A stretch of 63,859 nucleotides of DNA, counting the filler, from Ministeria vibrans ATCC 50519 (Eukaryota > Protista > Filasterea), in NCBI GenBank assembly GCA_943704425.1. It is 9 parts of 9 records of this genome, joined end to end, with 100 filler letters (N's around TTAATTAATTAA, not from the genome) between each part and the next. Parts side by side here need not be neighbours in the genome. Positions count along the whole stretch, not along the records: positions 6,923 to 36,907 come from CALSCP010002613.1; positions 37,008 to 45,864 come from CALSCP010002851.1; 7 more parts are not named here. One strand, written 5' to 3'. The notes beneath the pieces were generated by a model. That model was given only the letters and a program-made list of their open reading frames with translations, was not told the origin of the DNA and made no database searches. Positions 30,433 through 42,500 of the stretch are shown here, one piece after another (position 1 is the stretch's first letter; every line of letters starts with the position of its first letter). The translations under genes were made by a program, and so were the position numbers.

Positions 30433-31023
30433 TGGACGTCTCACAGTCCTTATTCCATCGATCTGCAACGGGTCCTTGCCGCTCCCAACCTTGCTGCGGC
30501 TATGGACGCATCTCTCGCGTGAGAAGCCGTCGTCTGCTGTGCCCTGATAGTCTCTTGAGAGTGATACTTTCACAGTGATTTCGTTTCCCGTTTCTTTTTT
30601 GCTGCTTTTCTCGCGCTTGCACGACATGTCCACCCCATGTGGGGGCTTCTCCACTGCCACCACTTTCCCTCCCGAGTCGGTCGCCAAACGCCCCTCACAA
30701 TCCATTTCTCATTTTTTTGACTTCTTCTCATCTTTTTTTTTTTCTTTCTCTCTTCTGACATTTTCAGTTGTTTTCTCGCTTTGCGCGCAACGCTGTCAGA
30801 GAGTCCGTCTTCATTATTCCTCCTTTCCTCATTGGAATCACGGCGTACTCGGTAAGATTTGTGTGTTTCTCTCTTGTTTTCCATTTCAAACCTCTCTCTC
30901 TCTCTCCTTCTCTGTCCTCTCTCTCCTCTCTCTCGTCTGCAGTGGGGTACCGCAAAGAACATTGAGCTCAAGCGCAAAGTGCCCTCCGATTATGTCAACG
31001 AGTCGTTTGACGAGGACGATTGA
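30280..31023 (+). CDS. QCR8: Cytochrome bc1 complex subunit 8 (QCR8/UQCRQ)
   Basis: MGGLVWGKMAHIRRQIQFSMSPHEMKPMAGWVSM|LFSRFARNAVRESVFIIPPFLIGITAYS|WGTAKNIELKRKVPSDYVNE. Confidence 0.85.
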
Positions 31024-31816
31024 ACAATTACTCTCACACAAGTGACACAACATGTGAACTCACTCTCTCAACACTGTATCAGCAATAAACACCTTTCTCT
31101 TCCCTTCTCCAACTATCAAGCATTCGCATTCCCTTTGGTCTCACGTTCAGTTTAAGGCACATTCTGTCTCGCACCAGTTGCAGCATCAGTAGCAGACAAG
31201 AGACCCTGTAACACGTTTCCACTGTGCTCAACCATCGCGCTGTACCGAAATACAGGCCCACCTCTCTGCTCGTTTCATCCCCTGAGAGAGCGTGGGGGAA
31301 ACATAAACACAAGCTTTATTGTTGAAATCAGCTCAACCAGTGCCGTGGGAGGGGGGCATCTGGGGGGCTCACCCAGACTGGTAGAGCGCTGTTTACACCT
31401 CTGTCTCTTAAGTCCCCTTCCCTCCACCCATTCGTCTTTCCACACAACCACGACAATTACTACAAGCACCCCACCCACTCTGCGTATATGTATTAAAACC
31501 TACTCATTGATGGTATGGCTTACTTTGTGCACTCATTTATTTTCATTGGAGATTAGAGCTATTCAGGAATCAGGGGCGTATAGGGTATCATTGGAACTGT
31601 CTCACTGAAGTGGGCTCTCGCGTCAACAAACAGTAAGACGTATTAAAATAATAATAATATTATTAAAATTTTCTTATTACTCATTAATAAATGGGTAGTA
31701 TTCTTCTTCTTATTCTAATTATTTCGTTAGAACTGTTGTAGGGTGTGTATTTGAAATTTGTAACCAGACAAAAACCGCACACAAAAGGTAATAATAATCC
31801 AATAATAATACAGTCA

Positions 31817-33568
31817 TTAAAAGAGAAAACGATGCGGAGGGCCCAAGCGACGCACTTCACTGTCCCACTTCTCCGTGTCGTCTCCATAGCGAGGAGACCA
31901 TGCAAACGAGTGAGAGGGGTCTAGGGCCTTTCGGAAGGCCGAGAGTGACACAAGCTCGTTCCCTTTGATGATAGAATCACACATGGACCAACGATGGAGA
32001 CGTGTGTGACAGTGGCGCGCGCGTGCGCTTTCTTTGCTGCCCTGAGCGTTGGTGCCGCTACTCGAGCCCGTGGGGTCGTCCGTGCCGTCATCATCGTCCG
32101 TGCCATCATCATCGCCCATGTCTTTGCCACTGTTATTATCACCGTCATGTTGTGGGTCGACTGCGACCTCCTCCTCTTCTTCTCCTTCGTCTTTTTTTGT
32201 TTCATCTTGTAGCTGCGGCAGAGCAACGACCACTCCCGAGAGGGTCGTCCGGGGAATGGGCCGTGACTCAGGGCTATTCAAATCGGTTTCAAAGTGCGCC
32301 CGAGCAAGGCGCCAGTTGGAGTCCGTCCACACCCTGCCCAGCATGTAGTACAGCTGTATGGAAGGGTTGAGGAGCGACACGAGAACAGACACGGCCGATT
32401 CGCAGTGCACAAGAGCATTGGCGCGTGCCAGCAGAAAGGCGTCAAGGAACAGTTCGGTGCCGCGTTTCACACGCTCGTCTGCTGTAACTTGACCAAAGTC
32501 CCACCCTTCCTGCTGAGTGTACGCCCGGAGACGACGTGCACGCGTCGACACCACGCGACAGCGGCTCGACAGCAGCGCCTTCGTCATGTACGCAATCGCC
32601 TCGCTTGTGTCCGACGCGACAAATACAACAACATTCTCGGAGGCAGGCCTCTTTGCCACAAGGGCCGCGACCACTGTGGCGTATTGCAGCAGCGTTGGCG
32701 GTTCTCGATAGAAGTTGACATACTCTTGCAGCTTGTCCGTGCCGCGAATGTGCACACCAATCATGTAGGAATCGTCGAGCTTGTGCTCTGCCACAACCGC
32801 AGAAATTTCGCGCTGCAATTCGACCGATGGTTGAAAATAGGGTTGGACGATGCGGCGATAGGTGGCTTCGCGGATGCGGGGCGTCACGCGTGTCTCAAGG
32901 CCACCGAAGCTCATTTCAGGCGAAAAGTACATGCCAAGCAGCTCATGCGGCAGAGCGTTTTTTTGTAAAATTGGTACCGACTCGTCCCGGATCCAATCTG
33001 GATTGACGACAGGGGCCTTTATTTGCCGGCTGGGAAACAACTCGGGGTGTGCCAGACACACCCGAGAACGGTCGTGGGACGCGATAGCGCTCTTGCTGGC
33101 CTCCAGTGGGTGTTTGAAAAAAAGCTCAAACGAGTTAATCTCGTTGCTCTTGGCACACACGGCACACTCGGCCCATCTCACGACGGGGATGAGTCCCAAT
33201 CGAACACAGTTGGCGATTGAGCTTAACGTGACAAGCGCTAGCGACGCCGCTTGCACCGTCATTTCACCGCAATTCCGAAATGGAATCTCGACAAAGCAGA
33301 ACGAGGGCTTAAAAGAAACAGCGGGCGCGAGCGAGAGACCAGCTCTCACCATCGCCATTGACTCACTGCGTTGGCTACGGGGCGGTGCAGGCAACCGCGG
33401 CGGCGATGCGACTGCAGAGGCCGCAGCGACTGATCTCGAGGCAACCGCAGAGCTCTCATTGCGACCGACCAGTGTGGGAGTCGCGAAAAACACGAGCGTG
33501 GTCGCAAACATCAGCACACTCAGAAGCACCATGCCTCGTTGGGTGATGGGCTTTCTCGGCGCGACCAT
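31817..33568 (-). CDS. Type II membrane fucosyltransferase-like protein (NodZ/FUT8 GT23-type motifs), intronless
   Basis: N-terminal TM helix; IGVHIRGTDK (motif I); VFVASD (motif II); FLDAFLLARANALVHCESAVS (motif III). Confidence 0.75.
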   Translation of the reverse strand: MVAPRKPITQRGMVLLSVLMFATTLVFFATPTLVGRNESSAVASRSVAAASAVASPPRLPAPPRSQRSESMAMVRAGLSLAPAVSFKPSFCFVEIPFRNCGEMTVQAASLALVTLSSIANCVRLGLIPVVRWAECAVCAKSNEINSFELFFKHPLEASKSAIASHDRSRVCLAHPELFPSRQIKAPVVNPDWIRDESVPILQKNALPHELLGMYFSPEMSFGGLETRVTPRIREATYRRIVQPYFQPSVELQREISAVVAEHKLDDSYMIGVHIRGTDKLQEYVNFYREPPTLLQYATVVAALVAKRPASENVVVFVASDTSEAIAYMTKALLSSRCRVVSTRARRLRAYTQQEGWDFGQVTADERVKRGTELFLDAFLLARANALVHCESAVSVLVSLLNPSIQLYYMLGRVWTDSNWRLARAHFETDLNSPESRPIPRTTLSGVVVALPQLQDETKKDEGEEEEEVAVDPQHDGDNNSGKDMGDDDGTDDDDGTDDPTGSSSGTNAQGSKESARARHCHTRLHRWSMCDSIIKGNELVSLSAFRKALDPSHSFAWSPRYGDDTEKWDSEVRRLGPPHRFLF

Positions 33569-34078
33569 CACGCACCTGTGCGTGAGAGTGGCTCAATAAT
33601 TACTATAATTTAATTTTTTTTTAAAAGAAGTTTTGAACTTTTATTTTAAAATTCGACATCCTCGAAATGTTCGTACGCTCACTGTGAGAATGTATTCAGT
33701 ATTGTATTTAAAGATCTATACGCGCTTCTGTTTATATTTATAATCTGTTACCTGTAATTCATTATTATATGTCGTCTCCTGTGTTTTGCAGAGGAAATCG
33801 AAAATGAATATTCCTTTTAATAAAAAGGAGCATTGTTTTACGTCTTTTCTATTCTTATTAACAATACTAGTTTATTATACATTATATAAATCTCACTCAT
33901 GCGCAATTTTTATTATTATTATCATTATAATTAATTATTATGACTGTATAAAAACTATTTTTATACTCATCATTTCACAAATTTCACCTCCCCGTTCTGC
34001 TCACTATTATTATTATTATAATTATAATTGTACTCGTTTCCGTTTTTCTGATACAACAGTAAGAGCCTAATGCATACA

Positions 34079-36082
34079 CTAAAGATCAATAAAGACTTTC
34101 AAAAGCAGAGCAAAAGTCGAGCCAAGCGCAAGACCAATCATCAAGAGGAGCGTCATCACATTACCGGCAAGCTCACGGTCTTCGGGAGCCACCAGCTTGG
34201 GGCCCGTCACCATGGCATAGGTGCCAAGGAAGCCACTGGTGAGCCCCATCAGGACCACCCCGAGTGCCGCAGTCCACTCGCTGCTCAGCACAGGCGCAGA
34301 CGACGGCGCAGCACACAGCACCAGCCACGGGATAAACACAAACCGCACAAGCGCCAGTTTGTATTGCCGTGACGGTGCAATCTCAATGGGAACCAAATTC
34401 AACAGCTACATACAATTGCATTATTAAATTATTGAAAGTGTACGAGGGTTGGTAGTATAATATCTCTACCTTCCCAATGAGGTCAGTTCCATTAAACAGC
34501 GCAATGAGAATGACCGGCCACCAATCGCCCAATCTACATCTGGTGTTAATCTCACTCATTCTCTGTCTCTCTGTCTCTCTTTCTCTCTCTGTCTCTGTCT
34601 CTGTCTCTGTCTCTCATTTTGAGGTACTTTTCGGATTTTGCTTCGGTGAGAACACCCGGAAAGAGTGAAAGCGTCAAAAAGAACACCAACGAGACGGCAA
34701 GAGCCGCTTCCCAAATAATCTTAAATACTATTAAAAATGTGTATCAAAAGTTATCATCCTTCTAACCATTCTAATATTGTTCTATATACCTCTTTGTCGG
34801 TTGTCGGGCCAAACAGTCGCGCGAATCCGACCAAAAAGACTCTTATAGGGGACTACTCTGTCCTCAGCAGACACATCGTCAGTCTCCTCTCCCTCGCCAC
34901 CGTGCACCCTCTCACTGTGCCTCCGTGTCTCGTCCTCTTCTTCGTCATCATCCAACAATGCTCGTCCGTTCTTCGTCTCCAGCACCGCCTCATCGTCCTC
35001 CTGCTCTGCCAGCAACAGTGATGTCCCTTCGTTCCGTCTCCCGCCCTCCTCATCGCCCGTCCCTTCCAAAATGGCCGCTCCCTCACTCCCATGCGCACCC
35101 TCGCTCTCCGACAGGTCCTTGGCGGCATTTCGATAGTATCGGGAAATGGCGCGAAAACGCAGTCCGGTAAAGAGCAGAGTGCACAGCAGAATCCACCCAA
35201 TGGAAATGGAAAAGTAGATGAAAATGCTCGTGTACAGTCCTTCTTCCCCATATGCCGCCTAACAAAAAGAACATAAATGAGAAAGAGCAACAAACATTAA
35301 GGATAAAACAAAGTGTACTTTGGTTGAAATGCGAAAGAGTGACACCAACAGACCAGCAACCCCTTCGCCAGTCATGAGCGCACGCGTGTACGTGGGCGGA
35401 AAGACCGCTGCATAACCGTAATAGCTCGCTTGCTGCACACCGCCGCCAATGCCCACACAGCCGGCGGCAATAATGGTCAGGGAGTAGCCAGTGTCGACTG
35501 AGATGGAGCCGCGAGCCACTATAATAATAATAATAATAATAATAATAATTTAACAGCACCTTCATAATAATTATTATTATTAATATTATAATAATGAAAA
35601 AGACGTAATAACAAGACGTCGAGTCATAATAGTAATAATATGGAACGCGAAACAGTTCAAAACACTGCTCCTCCTCCCTATTCATCGTACTGGCGGGCTC
35701 AAGCAGCATAACCAAGGTGAGCATGACGAGAAAGACGGTGTAGCCAAAGTAGATGCGGCGCTCGAGCGACACCAAATGCATAATGCGAACATTGATGAAC
35801 ATGGACGCCAGAGTGCACCACAGGTACGCCACGCTGATCTGGAACTCAATGGGACGCCCGGGGTACCTGCACGGTGCGCCACAGTCAGTGCAAAGGCGTC
35901 TCTGAAGGCTTTGCGTCGCACCGTGAGTTGAAATAGTCAACGGCATTGACAAAACTGTTGTACGGAAACAAAAAACCAGCGCCACACAACAGCATGGTCC
36001 ACCACGCCATGTAGCACGGGTCGCGCGGCGGCGTTCTCACCACTTGAGATTCCTCCTCGCTCTCCAATGTGTCATTTTCCAT
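34079..36082 (-). CDS. Equilibrative nucleoside transporter (SLC29)
   Basis: LCGAGFLFPYNSFVNAVDYF; QQASYYGYAAVFPPTYTRALMTGEGVAG; FFLTLSLFPGV; LFNGTDLIGK; MGLTSGFLGT..RELAGNVMTLLLMIGLALGS. Confidence 0.93.
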
Positions 36083-36696
36083 TGTTGAATGGACAAAATA
36101 TTGTCTGAAAATAAATGAATCATAATAATAATAATAATTATTATTATTATTATTATATTATTATTATGTTATATGAGTTATGAGTTATGACTGTCTTGCT
36201 TAAACACTGAGCTCTCGATTCTCTTTTAATTTACTTCATAAATCGTAATATTCTTCATCGTATTGCAGTTTTATCTCGTTGAGTAAACTTTTCCCTTCAT
36301 TTATTTCTAATGTATTCCTACTCGAAGATTTTCTTGTGGTCTATTTCATCTCTGAAGATATTCTCCATCTTAATCGGTTTGAATTTGATAAATTTATTAT
36401 AATAATTATAATGATTATTAATGATGATGACATTATTATTACAATCGAGTAGGAACATAATACTGAGTATGAAAGGGAAAAGAGAGCTGCTAAGAATAAT
36501 ACTTCGAAGAGAAATACACCCATTGTTGCATTATGATACAGTTACCGCTACTATAAATGAGATAAAAGATTTAATCATATTTTATGGACAATCATGCTTC
36601 CGCTAGACACATAAGATACAAACAAACAGTAAGGGCCTTGAAACACAATGATTCATAATACAATTAATAACACATTGTGAAAGTGAATGATGCCAA

Positions 36697-36907
36697 TTAT
36701 TGAAGAGTGGGTGTTGCTGGGCCATCTTCTACGCTTTCATGAGACAGGGATGCAAAGGCTGCTTGGATTTTGGCAATGTGAGGGTGTGTGGGAGGGAGGA
36801 AGGCAGTGAAGATGTGGTGCGCTCGCTCGAAGAACTCGCGCGCTTTGACGAAGTCATTCTGGACGTTGCACAGACAACCAATGTTGAAGCAGGTTTCGCC
36901 TGTGGAT
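36697..36907 (-). CDS. C-terminal end of a second TPR_12-type protein, truncated by gap
   Basis: My translation: STGETCFNIGCLCNVQNDFVKAREFFERAHHIFTAFLPPTHPHIAKIQAAF..TLQ*. Confidence 0.7.
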
Positions 36908-37268
36908 NNNNNNNNNNNNNNNNNNNNNNNNNNNNNNNNNNNNNNNNNNNNTTAATTAATTAANNNNNNNNNNNNNNNNNNNNNNNNNNNNNNNNNNNNN
37001 NNNNNNNAACTGCTCATGACTCCTTCTGGCCGCACACTCAGCGTTGGGGCTCGAAATCAGCAAAATATCCTAGAGCGCGTATCTGGTGGGGGTACTCGGG
37101 AGCGCGGGTCTCGGTTCGACGCGCGAATGATCCATTTTTCGGACGCAGCCCGCAAGGCGGTCGAGGTAGGCAAATTTGCGGGTTTTCTCGCCACGCGAAA
37201 CTCCCGTTTTGAATGTTATTTTTTTTTCTTTTTTTTACGAATGGTTTCTCGCTTGTTTGACGTCTTAG

Positions 37269-37622
37269 ATGGACAAGGAGAGGTCTGAGACTGCTGCACA
37301 GAAAAAGCAGAAGCGTCGTCCGGGTGTGGGCCGACCTGTAGACGGCGTAAATCAGCCGAAACGGCGAAACCCAGCAGAGAAAATCACACGCCAGGCGAAG
37401 GGCAAGGGACCCGCCAAGAAAGCCACGGTGCCTGATTCGGACTCGTCTGGTGATTCAAGCAGTGACAGTGATGATGACTACGAAGAAGACTGGGCCAGCG
37501 ACGACGGAACGGGCGCAGGACCGTCGAAGAGGGGAGCGCCCTCTTCCCCAGATCTGGGCGCAAATCGACCTGAGCGTCGCCGAGTGGCCCCGAAGAAACT
37601 ATTCACACCTAACGCGACATAA
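37269..37622 (+). CDS. Hypothetical basic/acidic low-complexity protein (possibly a mobile-element remnant)
   Basis: ATG-started 117-aa ORF with K/R clusters and a D/S/E tract; no recognisable domain. Confidence 0.3.
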   Translation: MDKERSETAAQKKQKRRPGVGRPVDGVNQPKRRNPAEKITRQAKGKGPAKKATVPDSDSSGDSSSDSDDDYEEDWASDDGTGAGPSKRGAPSSPDLGANRPERRRVAPKKLFTPNAT

Positions 37623-38431
37623 TCGCGCACACCTTGGGTATCCATCAGGAGACTACTGACAGTAGAAATACACACATAGTTAATCTTGAAAATATTTGGC
37701 AAACGTCGAAAAGGCGTTCATTTTTCGAAAATCCCGCTCTCACTCTCTCCTCGTAATGGCGAGTCAATATCCTTTTCTTTACACCCTGCGCCGAAAGGAA
37801 TACGATGTATCGCTTAGTATTACACAATATCTCGCGACTTTATCGTGCTGAATCTGCCGGGGCTGCGCATAACTCTTCCGACTAAATTCGGTAAACATCA
37901 ACAAAACGGTCTATTATTTCTTTTGGAGAATCTGAAGATATAGAGCATCTTTTTGCTCCGTTGCTTCTTTTATCATAAATACACAACAGCAATTGATACA
38001 TGGCCACCGAAACATTTGATCTTTATAAACAGCGCTGCACGGAATCCGAGCCCATCGATCCCCGCCGAAATTTCGTTCTCTCGACCACCGCGCTGCTACA
38101 CACAATCGAAAATCGCCAGCGCACCTCAGCCCCGATTAATACATCCACGGTCTATTGCGTCGTTCCCGGTACAAGGCATAATTCCGCCTATGATCAGGTG
38201 CTGCGACTGTTCACATTTTGTACAGTGTTCACATTTCGTACAGGACCTTCGTACGGAGTACTGTTGATACTTGTTAGAAAAGCGGTTTTTTATTGAATAT
38301 TGACAGTGCTGCTTGCAATATTTGAACCAGCTCAACTGAAGAAGAGTATAACAACTTATCATTATTTTTTCTTATTCAGAATTAATTATTATTTCAATTT
38401 TTCGTCCCATTTTCCCTCACCACCATCAGAC

Positions 38432-39336
38432 ATGTCGGATGGCAGCGTTCCCGACGCCGACGTTGAAATTGACCCGGCAGCTTCGGTGCTGGGCACCCAA
38501 GAGTAGTACGCTTGACTGATCCGCTTGCGACCGCACTCCTCTCATCTCTCGACCTCTGTTGGCGTTGTCTCGCAGCTGGGAGGCCGCATATGCGAAGGAA
38601 CTAGAAAACTTTGAAGAGAATGGCGATGCTGGCGAAGTCTGGTACGACAAAAGTGTGCCAGAAACGAAACGGCTCACGTTTTTCGGATAGGTTTGGCGAT
38701 CGTCCAAACTATCGCGTGCGAGATTTCCTTCTGCAACGACTGCCGCCTGCCACTACCTCGCCGCGCATGCTTGATGTGGGCTGTGGCAATGGGGTGACGC
38801 TGCTGGTGCTTGCGCGCGCCGGCTACAGCGCCTCGTCGCTGGTGGGTGTGGACTACAGTCCGCTTGGCATCGAACTGGCGCGCAAACTCGCTGTTGAAGA
38901 GTCTGACGCCGACGACGACGAGGAGGAGGAGGAGGGGAAGGGGGAGGAGGGTGCTGGTGTGGTGAGCAAGACCAATGTTTCCTTTTCGAAGATTGTGTAT
39001 CGAGTGGCGGATGTGCTGGAGCCGAGTGAGCTGTTGGCTGGTGGCGCTCCCTTTGATGTGTGCATTGACAAGGGCACCTACGACGCCATTTCACTGTCGC
39101 CTGAGAATGCACTGGAGCAGCGCGAACGCTACCGCGAAGCCATGTGGAGTGTGTTGACGAGTGAGTCTGAAGCGTTGCTCGTGATCACATCGTGCAATTG
39201 GACCGCAGACGAGCTCGTGCGCTTCTTCTGTGCCACTCAGCGCTTTGTCGAGCTCGAGCGACTTGCCTATCCCGTGTTCTCCTTTGGCGGGAAGCAGGGT
39301 CAAAAGTACTCGACTGTGATCTTCAAGAGAGTGTAA
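38432..39336 (+). CDS. EFM4: EF1A lysine methyltransferase EFM4/EEF1AKMT2 (METTL10)
   Basis: SVLGTQEY|WEAAYAKELENFEENGDAGEVW|FG; LDVGCGNG; DKGTYDAISL; ITSCNWT; FSFGGKQG. Confidence 0.92.
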
Positions 39337-39560
39337 TGACACCACTCTATTGTATAATTAAATTTTCTTATTGTATTCGGAGTGTCATCTAAACTACCTA
39401 CTACCTAGTCATGCCAGACATATTTTTTAGTGTTCAGCATACCAATAAGTGTTATTGTGTTATTGTGTTGTATACTAATAATAATAATCAATCTCAGTTC
39501 AGTTTACCGTTATCTCATTATTCTCAGTTCTCACTCTATTTTGCCGTTTCCGCTCACGCC

Positions 39561-42500
39561 ATGTCAGACATTGGCGCCATCATAGAACTGCTGTCGAGCG
39601 CCGACACGAAACAGCGACTGTCGGGCTCGGAAGCGTTTCTCTCCGCGATCAACGACCCAAACATGCTTCCAGGTGGAGACACACTCCCCACACACTCCCC
39701 ACACCGCACACCCTCCTCTCGCCAACATCCACATACACTCCCCATGCGCCTCTCCCCACTCACTCACTCACACACAAACTCTCTCTGTCTCTCTCTCTCT
39801 CTCACACACACACAAACTCTCTCTCTCATCACAAAACACTTCTTCCCTCTCTTTCTTCTCCCTCCCTCCCCCCCATCGGCATTAATACCCCTTTACACTG
39901 CTCCTCCCCTCGCTTCCGCACCTCATCTCAGCGTGCGTCTGTCATCACCATCAAGTTCAAATATCACTCTCTCTCTCTCTCTCTCTCACTCTCTCTCTCT
40001 CTCTCTCTCCGCCCTCCGCCTCCCCACTCCCCTGCGCATCCCTCCTACATCACTATATCTTCCTACATGCCCTCCACAGTCTGCATCCTTTGCTCTATCT
40101 GACCCCTTTACTCTCCAACTGACAATCGGTTTTTTTTTTTTTCAAAAATCCCAAAGATGATTTTCTTGACTGTCTCGGTGAAATTGTCAAACGAATCAAC
40201 GCCATGGCAAAGAGCAGCAACTTCAAGGTGCGTGTGTGTATGGCATGTCTCTCGTGCATCTTATGCTCCTCTCCTGCCTTGGCCGTCGTCTTCTCTTCCT
40301 TTCAGGTGTCACTTTGTGCCTTGGAAATAATGCATTCACTCGCAATCAAACTTCCTGCCGACCACGTGCGCCACTTTGTCCATTCTATGATGCACCAAGT
40401 CATTGAGGTACATCCCTTTGACACAGTCGCGCGACGCTTTGGTTTCATCTCTTTCTCTCTCTCTCTCTCTCTATTTCCTCTCTCTCTCTCTCAAACTCTC
40501 AAACTCTCAAACTCTCAAACTCTCAAACTCTCAAACTCTCAAACTCTCAAACTCTCTCTCTCAAACTCTCAAACTCTCAAACTCTCAAACTCTCTCCTCT
40601 CTTTGCGTATACGTAGCGATTCGGCGACAGCAAAGTGCAAGTGCGCGACATGGCAACGGCCGTCGCACTGAGTTTCATCGACACCACATCGGTCGACGAC
40701 ATTGCCGAGACCTTGTTGACAGCTGGGCTTGCTCACAAGAACTGGCGTGCGCGCGAGACGTGCATGAATTTTCTGGCGAGCAGTGTTTTTGTGGCCGAAA
40801 GCGCCCAACGTCTGCCCAAAGCATCGCCGTTTGTCACGGCCATTTGCAAGCAGCTTGAGGACCGCGAACCGGGTGTGCGCGAAGCGGCCAGTCACTTGCT
40901 GGTGGCACTGTACCAGTGCTTTGGGGCCAATCTGCGCAGCGACATCATGACCAAAACGGCTCACATGCCCAAGTCGCGCGTCGACGCACTCGTCACGCTG
41001 CTGGACAACAGCCGCTCCGATCTAGACGATGATAGCACCAATGCCTCCTCGTCGTTTGCCACCGCCACATCAAGAAAACAGCGGTCGGGCAGTGCGGGAC
41101 GGTCGAGTGGCGGACGCAGCAGTTTGTCCACGTCGCTCAACACAAGTGCTGGAAGCACTTCGCTCAATACGAGTCGCGACGACGGTCTCCTCTTGAGCAC
41201 TGCCGAGTTTGAGTCGTTTGACGACTGTGCCGCAAAACACGTCGCGTCGGATCGTGAGCTTGCAGACACAATCCATCGCATTGGCACGATCCTCAGTGAC
41301 GACAAGAAGGACTGGTCCGAGCGCATCAAGAGTCTCCGTCTGCTACGCTCGCTGCTCAACGGCGGAGCAACGGAGCACGACAACTTTCCTGCGCTCCTTG
41401 CCGAACTCAAGAAGCCCTTGTGTGTGTCCATTGAGGACTTGCGCTCCCAGGTCACTCGTGAAGCGTCCATTACCATTGCGCATTTGGCGCACTCAATTGG
41501 GGATCGTCTCGATTTGCTCTCCGTCGTCTTCCTCCCCATTCTCCTCAAGACGACCTACGGCTCGATCAAGATCATGGCGCAATCAGCCGACATGTGCATT
41601 CGACAGATTATTCTGCACTGTCACTCACACCGTCTTTTGCCGGTGCTTCTCGAGCCACTCACAACTAGCAAATCGGCGTCACTGCGTGCAAACTGTGCCG
41701 ACTACCTTGCGCTACTCTTAACGGCTTGGTGGGACAACGACTCGCAACTGCTCGATCGTAATGTTGGCGGTATTGAGTCTGCGTTGCGCAAGGGACTCAC
41801 CGACGCAGACACCAACTGCCGTGCAGCGTCGCGTCGTGCCTTCTGGGGCTTCCACTTGCACTACCCGTCCAAGGCAGCGGCACTGCGCCAGGGCCTCGAT
41901 GCCACTGCACTGCGTCTGCTCGACGAAGAAAAATCCACCGTGGAGAGTGGCAGTGGTAGAGCTGGTGGCGCTGCGTCGTCGTCGTCGTCGTCGCAACACA
42001 GACCCGTCTCGGGGGGTGGCAGCCGCGCTCCCTTGAACACTAGTGCGTCCAAAAGCGGTCCTCGTCGTCCCAAGACTGCCCCAGGTCCGTCTCTCTCTGC
42101 CTCCACTCCTGGTCGCGCCTCCACCGAAGGCAGTCTGCGCTCCGCCACTTCAACTGCTTCAGCATCATCGCACCGCAGTGCATCAGCGGGACTTTCGGCA
42201 TCCGCCTCATCCGCTTTTGCATCTCCTTCCTCCGGTCCCAAACGCGTCTCAGCCACCACCAACAGCAGCAACAGTAGTAGTAGTAGCTCTGGTGCGCGTT
42301 CCACCACCACTAGCGCCGCTACAAGCGGTGCGCGTCGTGTCACCCGCCCTGACTCTTCTTCCTCCTCCTCCTCCTTCTCCTCTTCTACTCAACAGTCATC
42401 CAGCAGCAACTCCCGTCCGTCCACCGATTCTCTCTCCTCTCTCGAGCGTTCTCTCAAGTCCTTCGACTGGGAAGCACGCGACCGTGCCTTCCAATCCATC

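Noticed and set aside
31080-31620. Possible small spliced minus-strand gene
   Set aside because: Splice-like sites are present but I could not build a coherent or recognisable reading frame.
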